This document shows, piece by piece, positions 1 to 13,089 of a DNA stretch of 64,000 nucleotides. The translations under genes and the position numbers were made by a program. A model generated the notes under the pieces. It did no database searches and was not told the DNA's origin. It saw nothing but the letters and a program-made list of their open reading frames with translations. The stretch's first letter is position 1. Every line of letters begins with the position of its first letter. Source of the stretch: the human T2T-CHM13v2.0 reference genome, Homo sapiens; the NCBI RefSeq assembly GCF_009914755.1, contig NC_060929.1; one strand, given 5' to 3'.

Positions 1-1159
1 GGATAAATATTTGGATAAGATAAAATAAGACATAACTTCTCCCGTTAAACAGAAGGCAAAAAGGAATTCTTTTTTTCTGCGGCCTCTAGCTCACCATCTT
101 AAACCTCAGTCACAATAACAAGACACTCTTATAATCTACTCAGATAGATTTAGCTGTTGTCAGATCCTGGTGACTAGGTCAGGACTTATATTGAAAAATA
201 TTATATTTCAACTGACTTGTAAAGAGTTGTGATGAGTGTAGAATGAACAGCACTGTGATGATTTGGACAAAGGGGTTTTCTCCTTAGAGCTATTTCCAAG
301 AGAAAAATTGCCCTATCACAACCTGAAAAATTGTTATCTGCGCATTTGGTGCTGTAGAGGTTGGAAGGAGCCACCGTCCAGCTGGCCACAAGAGGGCTCT
401 CCTGCCCTGTAACTGGAGCACAAGTTAAGCCAGAAATCCAAAGGATTTCCAAGGGCACAGCGTGAACCGCAAATACAAGAGCAATAACGTACTATGCTTT
501 GGGTTGGGTGAGACCTTAATACAACCCATAAAGCAACAGAAGTCAGAAGTGGACAATACTGCAGCCTGAATCCTGGCATTAAGAAAAGTACATAATGCAG
601 CATCAATATTCTCTCTTCCTTCCTTGATGAACCCTAACAAGACAGAGGATAATATCCAAGCTATTTTGCTTTAAGAAAGTCTGAATTTGCCAAACCCCAA
701 AATGGCAGAGGGTGGGTGGGTGGATGACTTGTAATACTACAAGACTCTCCATTTCTCAATGGAGATTTCCCTACCACATTTACATGTAACATAATCTACA
801 CTGAAAACGGGCAGTTACTCAACTTTTGCGTTAAGCGAACAACCCTCTGCAGATCATTGTTGTACCTGACCACAGAATCATTGTTGTATCTTACCATAAA
901 GATTCTGTGGTCCCGGAGCCATCTGGCTTCATGTAACAGGGACATTCAACACTCAATCCCTTCAAGATGTTGTAGCTACCATTAGCAATTGCCTACTAAG
1001 TGTCCAGCTGCTTTTTACTGTTAACAAGTATCTACTGTTCCTTCAACTTTCAACATCTTTCTGTTTCAGTACAGAAATTACAGTGTTTGAACAAGAAAAT
1101 GACCCAAAAGGTAGTAGTAAGACATAACTTATTTTAAAATAAGTAAGCAGATAATAGCT

Positions 1160-1399
1160 GCTACCATTAAGTGAGCATTTACTATTTTCACAGCAGAGTG
1201 CAAAGCGCTTCACATACACTATTTTATTCAGCCCTCAAAACAAACTTTTTGATGTAGGTATTATTATCTCTGTTTTACATATGAGAAAAAAGAGCTCAGA
1301 AAAGTTAAGTAAACAAGATCTCACAGTAAACTACCGAACTAGGATTTGAATCCAGGTCTCTTCTACTCCAAAGCTTGGGGACATAACCACTATGCTATT
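1160..1399 (-). mobile_element. MIR SINE
   Basis: MIR core in reverse: attattatctctgttttacatatgagaaaaaagagctcagaaaagttaagtaa ... ggatttgaatccaggtct. Boundaries approximate. Confidence 0.75.
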
Positions 1400-2179
1400 C
1401 AGCATGATTTTCAAATCATGTCAGGCCAGGATTCCCTGCTATACAAGGCAATCCTGTATTTTCTGGAAACATTATAAGCCCTGCTATAAAAACCTGATTC
1501 TTCATGTTTAAAATAGGGACAAAAGAAGGACCCTTTTTTGCCGGGCTATTTGCAAGAATTAGAATTGTGTGTATAAAATGTCTACACAATTCCTGGCACA
1601 TAGTAGGTTCTCAATAAACATATGTTATAACTATTATTAGTATTCCTAAAGTCTCAATCTACTACATCAAACTGTAAGCCTTTGCATTTTGCAAGAATTA
1701 AGGTAATTAAGGTATCTTCTAAGAATGTATCTTGCCACCAAGCAATAACTAGGAAAGCAGGATTTATTTTTGCACAAAACACAGGGATCCAATATAGAAG
1801 GAAAATTCTTCCGCATATACATATCCCTTTAGCGCTCCTGGATGCACATCAGAAACAAGACGTTTCTTAAAAACAAACAAACTACAGAAATGTTCCCAAG
1901 GGCCTTTCAGAAACAAATTCACCCTTAACACAAAAAGATTCATTTCTCAAAGTCACTAATTCCACGTTCTATTCTGCTGGCTACACTTCCAGGACCAAGG
2001 GTTTTTTTGAGGTGGAAAGGATGCTCTGCACTGACAGTGGAACTGCCAAAGTCGGCTGTGTTACAAATCATGGGCCACTTGATTACAAATAGCGTTACAA
2101 GTTCACCAGCCACAGTGAAGCACCAGGCCCACGTCCCGGAAGCGCCAAAATGGAGTAGGGGAAGCACTCTCCGACTCAC

Positions 2180-2413
2180 CGTAGGTGAAGTATGCCACTT
2201 CCGGCGGAAGCGAGACATTGTGCAGCGTGTCGTCCTGCACGTGCTGGTCCACGTACAGCTGTGCCTCCGTGGCCTTCAGGAAGGCCATGAAGCGTGCTGT
2301 GAAGGAGGCCACGAAGATGGACAGCATCCCGAAATCTAGCAGGTTCCACAAGTGCAGCACGTACTCCCGTGGCCCCTCCTCCCAGATTTCCTTGCATTCG
2401 GACCAAATCATTC
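2180..2413 (-). CDS. TRPC7: TRPC7 coding exon (probably exon 6), 234 nt, phase 1-1; end of S2, S3 and S3-S4 extracellular loop
   Basis: Peptide (G)MIWSECKEIWEEGPREYVLHLWNLLDFGMLSIFVASFTARFMAFLKATEAQLYVDQHVQDDTLHNVSLPPEVAYFTY. Acceptor ttctcccacAG at 2415-2414; donor G|GTGAGT at 2179-2178. The Gly codon is split G/GA with the previous exon. Confidence 0.96.
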
Positions 2414-3091
2414 CTGTGGGAGAAGGAGAAGGCCAGGCTCACTTTTCGTTTCTCTTGGCATTTGTGACCGCATGAGGTCATGGAGGGAACCAGAGTACAA
2501 ATGTAAATATCAGCTCTTTGGAGCTGGGACCGTCGATAGCCAGAGGCAGACAGAAACGTGTTTTCAAAGGCAGATTTAGACCCAGGAGACTCAGAGACTT
2601 GGCCTTGTGCTTACGAACACACTGTCTCTGCAAGTGAGGAGAGAGTTTTCATTCGTTGATAGATTCTTGGAGGGAATATAGGAGAAATACAGTTGCTGAC
2701 ATTTATACACTTTAAGAACTTTAAGAACTTAAAGAATCAATTAGTCCTAAATTAAATATAGGGAAACTGAGGTCCAGGAATTGTAAAGGGCTTTCTGAAG
2801 GTCCCCCCACTCCATGCCCCAAATTCTACAGAAATGCCCCAAGAACCTAGAACTATGGTTTTTTTTGGACATAGAACCCAGTTTTTTGTTTTGTTTTGTT
2901 TTGTTTTTAAATCCCAGATTAGAATGCTTCTGTATTTCTGTGTCATGAGCATTAATTTAGGGTTATTAGATTTTTTCTTACTCTTTCATAACTTATTGGA
3001 TTTTAAAGATATATGTCCTCATTGTTACATACTAAACAATATAGAAGTATATAAACAAAATGTTACTAGTTTCCCCAGCCTTCCTCTAAGC

Positions 3092-3433
3092 CAGCAGCCC
3101 TTTTGGCACCAGGGACCAGTTTCATGGAAGACAATTTAACACAGGGTGGGGTTGGAGTGGGGGTGGAGGGTGGGATAGTTTCCAGATGAAACTGTTCCAC
3201 CTCAGATCATCAGCCATGAGATTCTCATAGGATGGCAACCTAGATCCCTCACATGCATAATTTACAATAGGGTTTAGGCTCCTATGAGAATCTAATGCCG
3301 CTGCTGATCTGACAGGAGCTGGAGCTCAGGAAGTAATGCTGGCTTGCCCACCGCTTACCTCCTGCTGTTCAGCTCGATTCCTAACAGGCCACAGACTGGT
3401 ACCAGTTGGCGGCCCAGGGGTTGGGGACCGCTG
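3092..3433 (-). mobile_element. MER1B non-autonomous hAT/Charlie DNA transposon
   Basis: Matches the recalled MER1B consensus in reverse (ttttggcaccagggaccagtttcatggaagacaatt ... ggggttggggaccgctg). Perfect 8-bp TSD CTCTAAGC at 3084-3091 and 3434-3441. Confidence 0.88.
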
Positions 3434-3491
3434 CTCTAAGCCATCCCTGTGAGGTAGCCTGAGCTAATAGTTGATGAGTATCCTTCTAGAC

Positions 3492-3802
3492 CTGTACTGT
3501 CCAATACCATAGCCACCAATCATATGTGGATACTGAGCACTTGAAATGTGTCTAGTTTGAGATGTGCTGTAAATGTAAGGTACACACCAGATTTCAAACA
3601 CTTACTATGAAAAAAGAATGTAAAGTATCTCATTAATAATTTTTTGCATCAGTTACATGTTGCAGTGATTAATATTTTGGATATGATAGGTTAAGTATGT
3701 TGTTAATTTCACCTATTTGTCTTTATAATATGGCTTTTAGAACATTTAAAATTATATAGCTCATGGTTGTTGCTTGCCCTGTATTTCTATTGAATAATGC
3801 TA
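3492..3802 (-). mobile_element. MER33-like hAT/Charlie MITE
   Basis: ctgtactgtccaatac...gagcacttgaaatgtg...ttgagatgtgctgtaaatgtaa...tatttctattgaataatgct resembles MER33 with degenerate TIRs. Confidence 0.75.
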
Positions 3803-3861
3803 TTCTATACCTTCACATTTACTGATTACTAAATTATTACTATTTAAATTATTTTAAATTA

Positions 3862-6191
3862 CCGGCATACCTTGTTTTATTGCACTTTGCTTTATTGTGC
3901 TTCACAGAGACTGTGTTTTTTTCAAATTAAAGGTTTGTGGCAACCTTGTGTTGGGAAAGTCTATTGATACCATTTTCCCAATAACGTGCTCACTTTTGGT
4001 CTCTATGTCATATTTTGGTAATTCTCACAATATTTCAAACCTTTTCATTATTATATTCATTATGGTTGGTCTGTGACCAGTGGTCTTTGTGATCTTTGAT
4101 GTTACTATTGTAACTGATTGGGGGTATCATGAACCACTCCCATATAAGATGGCAAACTTAATCAATAAATGTTTTGTGTGTTCTGACTGCTCCACTGACC
4201 TGCTGTTTCCCTGTCTTTCCCTCCCCTCGGGCCTCCTATTCCCAGTATTTCAACAATATTGATATTAGGCCAATTAATAGTTCTACAATGGTTTCTAAGC
4301 TTTTAAGTGAAAGGAAGAGTTGCATTGCATTTCTCACTTTAAATCAAAAGCTACAAATGATTAAGGTTAGTGAGGAATGTGTATCAAAAGCTGAGATAGG
4401 CCAAAAGCTAGGCCTTTTGTGCCAGACATCTAAGTTCTGAATGCAAAGAACAAGTTACTGAAGGAAATTAAAAGTACTACTCCAGTGAACTCATGAGTGA
4501 TTGATTAAACCAGCTATGGCATTCCCTTAAGCCAGTGCCCAAACCAGAGGAAGACCCTCACTCTCTTTAATTCTATGAAGTCTGAGAGAGGTGAGGAAGC
4601 TGCCAAAGAAAAGTTTGAAGCTAGCAGAGGTTCGTTCATAAGGTTTGAGGAAAGAAGCCATCTCCATAACATAAAAGTACAAGGTGAAGCACCAAGTGCT
4701 GATGCAGAAGCTGCAACAAGTTATCAGAAGATCTAGCTAAGATAATTGATAACAGTGGCTACAGTAAACCACGGATTTTTGATGTAGATTAAACAGCTTT
4801 ATCTTGAAAGAAGATGCCATTTAGAACTTTCAGAGCTATAGAGTAGACATCAGTGCCTGGTTTCAAAGCTGTGTAGGGCAGGCTGACTCTCTTGTTAGGG
4901 ACTACTGCGGCTGGTGACTTTAAGTTGAAGCCAGTGTTCATGTACCATTCCAAACCTAGGGCCCTTAAGAATTATGCTAAATTGACTCTTCCTGTGCTCT
5001 ATAAGTGAAACAAAAAAGCCTGGATGACAGCGTATCTGTTTACAGCATGGTATACTGAATATTTTAAGCCCACTGTTGAGACTTACTGCTCAGAAAAAAT
5101 ATATTTCTTTCACAATATTACTGCTCATGGACAATGCATGTGGTCACTTAAGAGCTCTGATCGAGATATACAGGAGATTAGCATTGTTCTCATGCCTGTT
5201 AACATAGTATCCATTTTGCAGCCTGTGGATCAAGGAGTAATTTTGACTTTCAAGTCTTATTATTTTAAAAAATACGTATCATAAGGCCATAGCTGCCATA
5301 TATGATTATTCTTCTGATGGATCTGGGCAAAGTAAATTGAAACCTACTGGAAAGGATTTATCGTTTTAGATGCCATTCAGAACATTAGAGAATCATGGTA
5401 GGAGGTCAGAATATCAACATTAAATGGAAGAAGTTGATTCAAACCTTCACGGATAACTTTGAGGGGTTCAAGACTTTAGTAGAGGAAGTTACTGCAGATG
5501 TGATGGAAATAAGAGAACTAGAATTAGAAGTAGGGCCTAAGATGTGACTAAATTGCTGCAATTTCATGATAAAACTTCAATGGATGAGGAATTGTTTCTT
5601 ATGGATGAGCAAAGAAAATAGTTTCTTCAGAGTCTACTGGTGAAGATGCCGTGAACATTGTTAAAATGATGACAAAGGATTTAAAATATTCTGTAAACTT
5701 AGTTGACAAAGCAGCAGCAAGGCTTGAGGGTATTGAGTTTAATTTTGAAAGAAGTTCTACTTTGGGTCAAATGCTATGAAACTGCATTGCATGCTACAGA
5801 GAGATCTTTAGTGAAAGGAAAAGTTAATTGATGCAGTAAACTTTATTGTCTTAAGAAATTGCCACGGCCACTTTAACCTTCAACAACTACCATTCTGATC
5901 AGTCAGTGGCCATCAACATTGAGCCAAGACCCTCCACCAGCAAAAAGATTATGCCTTGTTGAAGGCTCAGATGATTGTTAGCATTTTCTAGCAATAGAGT
6001 AATTTTAAAATTATGGTTCTCACTTTTTTTAGACATGATGCTGTTGCACGTTTAATAGACCACAGTATAGTGTAAATGCAACTTTTCTCTGCACTGGGAA
6101 ACCAAAAATTTCCTGGGACTTTCTTTGTTGGGATACTTGTTTTGTTGTAGTGGTCTGAAACTGAACTTGCAATATCCTTGAGATATGCCTG
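3862..6191 (+). mobile_element. Near full-length Tigger1 (TcMar/pogo) DNA transposon with decayed transposase
   Basis: TIRs ccggcatacct... and ...agatatgcctg, each flanked by TA. Transposase fragments on +: MVSKLLSERKSCIAFLTLNQKLQMIKVSEE...AEIGQKLGLL (4174-4440) and [16 protein letters not shown] (5024-5284). Many stops and frameshifts. Confidence 0.93.
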
Positions 6192-6219
6192 TATTAAAAT
6201 GTAACTATTCAGTTTCAAT

Positions 6220-6437
6220 TTGAGCACCTACTATGTGCTAGGCACTGCCATATGTGTATATGTATTATCTTAAATCCTTGCAACAATCCTATAAAGTACG
6301 TTCTGTTATTATCCTATTTTTACAGCTAATGAGACAGTGGCTCAGATGGTTGTAATGTGCCCTGCTAGGAAGCAGGAGATCTGGAATTTGAACCCAGAAG
6401 GTCTGCCCCTAGAGTTCATGTTCTTGACTGCTATACT
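6220..6437 (-). mobile_element. MIR SINE
   Basis: gagcacctactatgtgctaggcactg...ttattatcctatttttacagctaatgagacagtggctcaga...ggaatttgaacccaga. Confidence 0.75.
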
Positions 6438-7692
6438 CTTCTGTCTCTCCAGGAAATAAAATTGGGCTCAAATCAGTTAGAAAAGACTCTTGAACATTTT
6501 ATGTCATCAAAGAGTCTTACGACTACTCAGACCTGGGAGAGCTTTGTTGTGGAACAATGCTACACTTAACCTGTATATTTAGAGGGATTCACGTGGTAAA
6601 AGAATCACCAGCTGGTCAGTGAGTGAAACAATTCCAGCTCAGTGACCACACACTCCCTAGAGGCTAACACCGATAGCCTCTTTTGGCAGTCCCTCGGCCC
6701 TGTTCATCAGACATGATGGCCTGCTTTCTTTGGTACCTCCTGCCCCTCCCATTGCTCCTCCTCAGTTTTCTTTGCTGCTTTTCTAACTCTGCCCACTCCT
6801 TAAGGGCTGCAGCTTTCCAGGTTTTTGGCCGTTCCCATTCTTCCCTCTGACCTCAAGTTAGTGCATCTAGCCCTGAAACTTTGTCCTTCATTTCCTTGCA
6901 TATGTCTCACAGATGAATATCTTCCTAATTTTCCTTAAGAACTTCAAAGCTGAATTCCCCCCATAGAGAGAGACTACTGTTAGTGGGTTAGTGGATGTCT
7001 TTCCAGTGCCAATATTACATCCCTCAAGCTGGCCTCCCCATCCCTCCCACCCTCACTGTGTCATATCCTTACCCAGTATTCCCACTCTTGCACCCCTGAC
7101 TCTTCTGGCTGTCACCAAGGATCACTGCAGTTCTGCAGATCCTCCTCTAGTGGATGTCAGATCCATCTTGCTCTTTTAGTCTTCAACTCTATTCTCTGAC
7201 CTCATAAAGTTTGGGTCATATCATGGTCACTTCTGTCTTCAGATACCTGTGGTGTATTTCTCATAATACCAAGATAAAGTCTAGACTCCAAAGCTAGGCT
7301 GTCATTCCTATGATATTCCACAGTTTTTATACACCCTGTACTCTAGCAAAGCAGGCCCACCTAACAGTCCTCCAGCAGTTCCACCCAACCATTTGCTTGT
7401 GTTTCTTCCTTTCTTTTTCCCAGACATTAACCCAAGCACACTCACAGATGCCTACATGATAACAATCGCCTTTGGGGGTCCAGATGCTGAAAAAGCCTGG
7501 TGTCATAGATGATGCTGGGAGTAGACAGTAATGAGGGCTCTTCCCTGGTCAGAGCCTGGCTGACTTGCTCACAGGCCCACATGTGGGCACATTCGAGTGA
7601 TGAGCTGATCAGTTTTACTTGTCTGGGACTATGCCCAGGGACTATTTTAATCAGAAAATTTCCCTTTCTGTTGAAAATGGCCCATGAAATAA

Positions 7693-8011
<319 letters not shown>

Positions 8012-8444
8012 TGAAATGTTTTCCTAAGGAGAAAAGTAATTTGAGAGCAGCTGTTTGGAGAAGAATCATGGCTTTATTTAATGAAGATCTGCATATTTGT
8101 ATCAAATTGGAATCCCCACAATAGGAAATATTAAAAAAAATTGCAGGTAGGTTTACCCTACAATGGTAGGGCAGAACCAGCCCCCTCCTTTTTTGTTAAC
8201 AAAGCTATGTCTCAAGTATACCGTATCAAAATTTTTGTGGTAATTCAGTGAAGTAATTTCTTAACACTGAAATACACTTTCATCTGTGACTGTGCAACCG
8301 GTATTTTTTAAATGGATTTTAAAAATAAATTTTTTAATGGATAGAAAAATAGTGTTTGTTGCTTTCCTCTACCCCCAAATTAAAAATCTCAACATCTGAG
8401 TGGAACTGCTTTTAGCATGGCACTAGGAGAGTCACAGGCTGTAA

Positions 8445-8625
8445 CTTAAGAGTGATTGGCTTTAATTCAGGAAGCCCTGGGTTCAAGTTCTAGCTTGGCT
8501 ACCTATTAGCAGTATGACTGTGGCTAAGTCCCTTGATTTGCTGTGGGTCTTAGATTCTATATTTTGAAATGAATGAATTTGGAGTTTGGAGGTAACTTCA
8601 AGTACTAAAAGCTCTATGAATCTGA
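8445..8625 (+). mobile_element. MIR SINE fragment
   Basis: ccctgggttcaagttctagcttggctacctattagcagtatgactgtggctaagtcccttg (B-box region of MIR). Confidence 0.6.
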
Positions 8626-9629
8626 AATGCAAATTATTTTCAGAAAACTAACTTTTCTGACCCATATAGTAGCTTCTCATTGGACATTGGGAATCACTTC
8701 CTCCATGGTCAAATGTCTGCATGAGTCTTCTTAGATTTAAATATTAATTCACCCAGATGAATTTAAATTATTCCAGGGCCATAAGTAAAAGTAACATGGG
8801 CCCAAGGGTTTGGGCAGCAGGAATGCTTAATGAAAAAGGAATTGTGTGAAATTAAGTATTTTAGTGAGTGAAATTGGCCCCCTGCCGCCACAGTGCCAAG
8901 GATAGTTCAGCGTTTTATATCCAAGCTGAGCCCCATGGCCTTTTGCCTCCAGCATGTCAATCACAGGAGTGTTTAGAGCCCAGGGCTCAAGGGGTAAGCA
9001 TGCGCCCCCACCCTGCTCCCTACACTTGAGCCTCCTTCAGGCAAAATTTCCCTCACTCAGGGATGCCTGGAGCCTAGAGAACAAGGTCACTAATAATTAA
9101 GGAGGGGTGCCTGGCAGTGGAACAGGCTGGGAAGTGCCAGGAAGCCTCAAGGGAAATGAGTAGCTTCTTATAGGCAGGTTCTGAGTAATGTCCTGCAGGC
9201 TGTGGAGATGGAGCTTGACAGCTAAAAGGCTAAAAGGCAGTTCACTCCTATCCCTGCCTCAGATGATATTCAGAAGGGCTCCCCCTTCAAAGTCCTGTGA
9301 GACTTAAGTATGTACATTCTTTAAATGGTCCTGGCCCCCAGGGGCTACTGTCCCAGGGCATTGCATCTGCCTCTCTGTTCTCTCAGGCCAACTTCTCACC
9401 ATTGGTCCCCAGTTTGAACTCGCAGGAGAGAGAATATGCCTAGTGGCTGTGAACCCACAAGTCCTAACATCAAAACACTATCTCAACAGGCAGTCCTTTG
9501 CAACAAATGTTGGCCTCAGACACATTCAGGGTTCATTTGTTTTTCAGGCAAGAGGATAATATTAATAGATCAAAAATGTTCTAACAAAGCTCCTCCTCTT
9601 CATCCTCCTCTTCTTTTCTAATATAGTAG

Positions 9630-9800
9630 CCCCCAATTATTGAGTACCTTCTAGGTGCCAGGCCCTTTGTAAGTACTTAATAAATGCTAAGTCTTCATAA
9701 TAGTCTGATAGATAGCTACTATAATTATCCCCACTTTACAGATGAAGAAACTCACCTATGAAGGTGGCAAGTAAGTTGTCCAAAGCCACACAGGCAGCCC
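9630..9800 (-). mobile_element. MIR SINE fragment
   Basis: ttattgagtaccttctaggtgccaggc...attatccccactttacagatgaagaaact. Confidence 0.7.
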
Positions 9801-10789
9801 AGGAGCCTTGTTGTCCACTGTGCTGTCTCCTGCCATGCCCTCCACTGGGAACAAGCTTACTCTCACTGGTTAGGAACTCATTCACCCACTTAACAGACAT
9901 TGTTGAGCTCCACCTTTGTGCCAGCCACCATTAAGAGAGGCAAAGCCACCAAAGAGAAAGGGACACACTCCCAAGCTCTTCTCCTATTTAGCATTTTAGA
10001 CGTATTTTACTACCATACCAGGCATTTACTCCTAGATGGAGAAATCTCATGCGTTATGGAGATGCTTGCTAGCTTCCAAGCTTCTGACCGCTTTCTGGGA
10101 ACTACTAGCATTATTACACAGTTCTCAGATGAACATCTCTAGTGCTATAATCTCTAGTCAAAAAACTTATTATAAGCTTGTTATTCTTGCATCTACCCCA
10201 GAATCACTGCTTATAATGCAAGCAACAAAGACAGATTCCTATGGTATGTGTGGATGTTAGAGATTCTCCAGGCTGGAAGGAGCAATGGTCACTGGTTCAT
10301 TTAGTCTTTTCCTCATCTGATGGCTCTCCAGGATATATATGTCTGCCAGCAAATTTGTCCCTCCTTCCTCAGCCTTGCTCCTCACTTGGCTTCCTTGATA
10401 TTATGTTCTCCTGGAGTTTCTTTGCCTCTCTGGCTCTGTCTACTTAGTCTCCTTGTGGCTTTCACTTTCTCTGCCGATACCTTAAATATCCTGGAATGAT
10501 GATCTAGAATTTTCTCAAAATTCTGCTGAGAACTGGGCAAAGTATGTGGAGGAAAGGAAGAAGGTATTTCCAGTTGGGTTTGGCCTTCCTATAGAACTGT
10601 AAATCAAAAGAGGAACAACCTACATGCCCCATAGGATGAGGGGATTGGGAAGTAAGTTGTTGTCAACACAAGTGGCCATTGAAAGAGGTGATTGGGAAAA
10701 CCAGATGGCCATGTGGAGAGAGGGCTACAGTTAAACAGAAGATGAAAGGAGTCAGCTACAAATCTATGTGATTACAGAAATATCAGTAT

Positions 10790-11290
10790 TAATTGAGACA
10801 GGCAGGAAACAAAATAGAGCATATAGTATTGTCAGAGGCGTTAATGGTTATGCAGAGAAACAAAAAAGAGGGACTAGGAGGACAGTAGGGGTGGGAGGAC
10901 TTGCAAATTTAAATAGCTTGGGTTGAAAGGCCTCACTCTGCGGAGGATACTGTTGAGTAAAGACCTGAGGAGGTGAGGGAGTGAGCCATGTAGATCCATG
11001 CAGGAAGAACTCTCCAGGCAGAGGGGACAGCCAGGGCAAGTGTTCTTAGGCAGAAGCAGTGCAAGGCAGAGAGCCTAGGGGGCTGAAACAGAGTGAGTGA
11101 GGTGGAAAGCGGTGGAAGAGAAGGTCATAGAGATGGAGTGGAGAGGTGAGAGCATCATAGGCCACTATAATGACACTGGCTGTCATTCTGAGGGAAATGG
11201 GAAGCCACTGGAGTCTTGATGCAAACAATGAGAAGACTCAATTACGTTTTAAATGGATCACTCTAGCTCCTGCATTGAGAACAGACTGAG
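10790..11290 (-). mobile_element. L2 LINE 3' region
   Basis: aaggcctcactctg...tgagtaaagacctgaggaggtgagggagtgagccatg...ccaggcagaggggacagc...gggaagccactggag...ttttaaatggatcactctagct, typical of reverse L2a. Confidence 0.75.
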
Positions 11291-11919
11291 TCATGGGGGT
11301 GGGAGGGGCAGCAGCAAGGAGACCTGGACAAGGGTCATTCAGCCCTTTGTGGCCAAACTCTCCATTCCTGAAAGTACTTTGGACTTGTTAGGGTCCTGAG
11401 GTTTGGTTCAACTCTAGAGTTGCTTCTGATAAAGAGGGAGTAATGGTTTGGGTGTCTTTATAATCAGTCTGTTCAAAGTACTTCATTTATGAGTATGGTA
11501 TGTCATGGGAGAAAAGAACTGTGCTATTTTGTTTCTAGCTGATACGAGGCCTTCTTGGAGGTGCCTAGGAGCAGAATTCCAAGTCTTCATCAGCAGGGGC
11601 CTGATGCTACCTCATACCTCTCAACATCTGAGCAGAGAGTGAATCACATGCTGGATCTCAGGGTGCACCAGCACAAAGACCCTTCTCATAAACACAGTGC
11701 TCAAATCTATCTCTCAGTTATTACTATTTTTATAATAATTAAAGAGCTCCAGATGCTATTTAGAACAAGATAATGTTAATTCTATTTATAGCTGCTTCCC
11801 TAGTACCTGACACGGTGCCTGATGTATAATATAGTGCCTAATAACTAGAAAATATTTATTGAGTAAAAAATTGAGAAAATAGAAAATATCGGAAAATAAC
11901 TTCTACATGTTCCCGCTAC

Positions 11920-12950
11920 TGCATCTCCCAGTCCACCTGCACTGTGCTGTCAACTCCACCTTTTCTCCCGTTACAATGAGTGAAGTGTTCACACTCCTGC
12001 TAAGGCCAAGTCCTCTGCTTCCACACTAAATCCCATTCCCTGTTGCCTACTCAGGTACTTTGCTTCCAAAGCTGATTGTCATGTCTCTGGCCTCATCAGC
12101 AGCATTCGACATTGTCATCACTCCCTGGTTCTTGCCACAGATACTTTGGCGTCTGGGCCAGCACTCTCTTGGTTCTTCTCTTACTTTAGCCTTCTTTGCT
12201 GGATATTTCTCATCTTCCCATGCTTTAAACATTGTTGTGCTCTGGGGCTTGGTCCTCAGTTCTCTGCCCACATTCATAGTTACAATGATGTTATATAATT
12301 TAAATGCATTGATATGTCCAAATTTATGTTTTCAGCCTGTCTCCCCTGTGAACTTCAGGCATGTATATTCAGTTGCTACTTGGCATTTCCACATGAATGT
12401 CTAAATATGTGTCTCAAACTAGAGTCTTGGTTTCCATCTCTATTCCCCCTGCAAACTGCTCCACCTTGGGTCTTTCCCATCTTAGTAAATGGCTTTCTAA
12501 TATGCCAGTGCTTGAACTAAACACCTGGAATTGTTCTTGACTGCTCTCTTTCTCTCACATCCCATATACAATCCAATTGTAAGTGTTATTGGTTTTACCT
12601 TCAAAATGTAATCACAATCTGCCACCTCCTCAAACCAGCCATTTCCTTCCTGTCTAAATTACTGCAGTGGCCTCCTAATTGGTCTCCTTACTTCTGCTCG
12701 TATCCCACAATCATCTATTCTCTACATAGCAGTCAGTGATCCTTTAAAAACTGAAGTCGTATGATGTCACTTTTGTGCTGAAAACTCTCCAAAGGCTGCC
12801 TCCTCTGACTTCATCTCTATTTCTCTTCTCCTCATTCATCTACATCAGCCACACTAGTCTCTTTGCTGTTCCTTGAACACGTCCAGCTTGCTCCTGAATC
12901 CAGCTTTAACACATACTGTTCCTTCTGCCTGGAATGCTTTTCACCTTATC
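11920..12950 (+). mobile_element. L2 LINE fragment(s)
   Basis: cagcagcattcgacattg...ttactgcagtggcctcctaattggtctcc...gtcagtgatcctttaaaaact...ctgttccttctgcctggaatgct. Confidence 0.75.
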
Positions 12951-13089
12951 AGAGTAGAGGGATGAGAGGGCATGCTCTTACCTGCTCAACTACTCTGATA
13001 AGGTGAAATTTGAACAGTGATTTGAAGGAGGAGGGGAAGCGAGTCTTGTGGATATTTATTCAACTTACGTCTCTCAATGAAAGAAATTT

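Noticed and set aside
2007-2481. Overlapping ORFs 2007-2339(+), 2185-2475(+) and 2176-2481(-)
   Set aside because: Shadow frames of the GC-rich TRPC7 exon, with no independent coding signal.
4174-5284. Possible domesticated TIGD-like transposase gene
   Set aside because: Only short fragments broken by stops and frameshifts; an ordinary decayed Tigger1.
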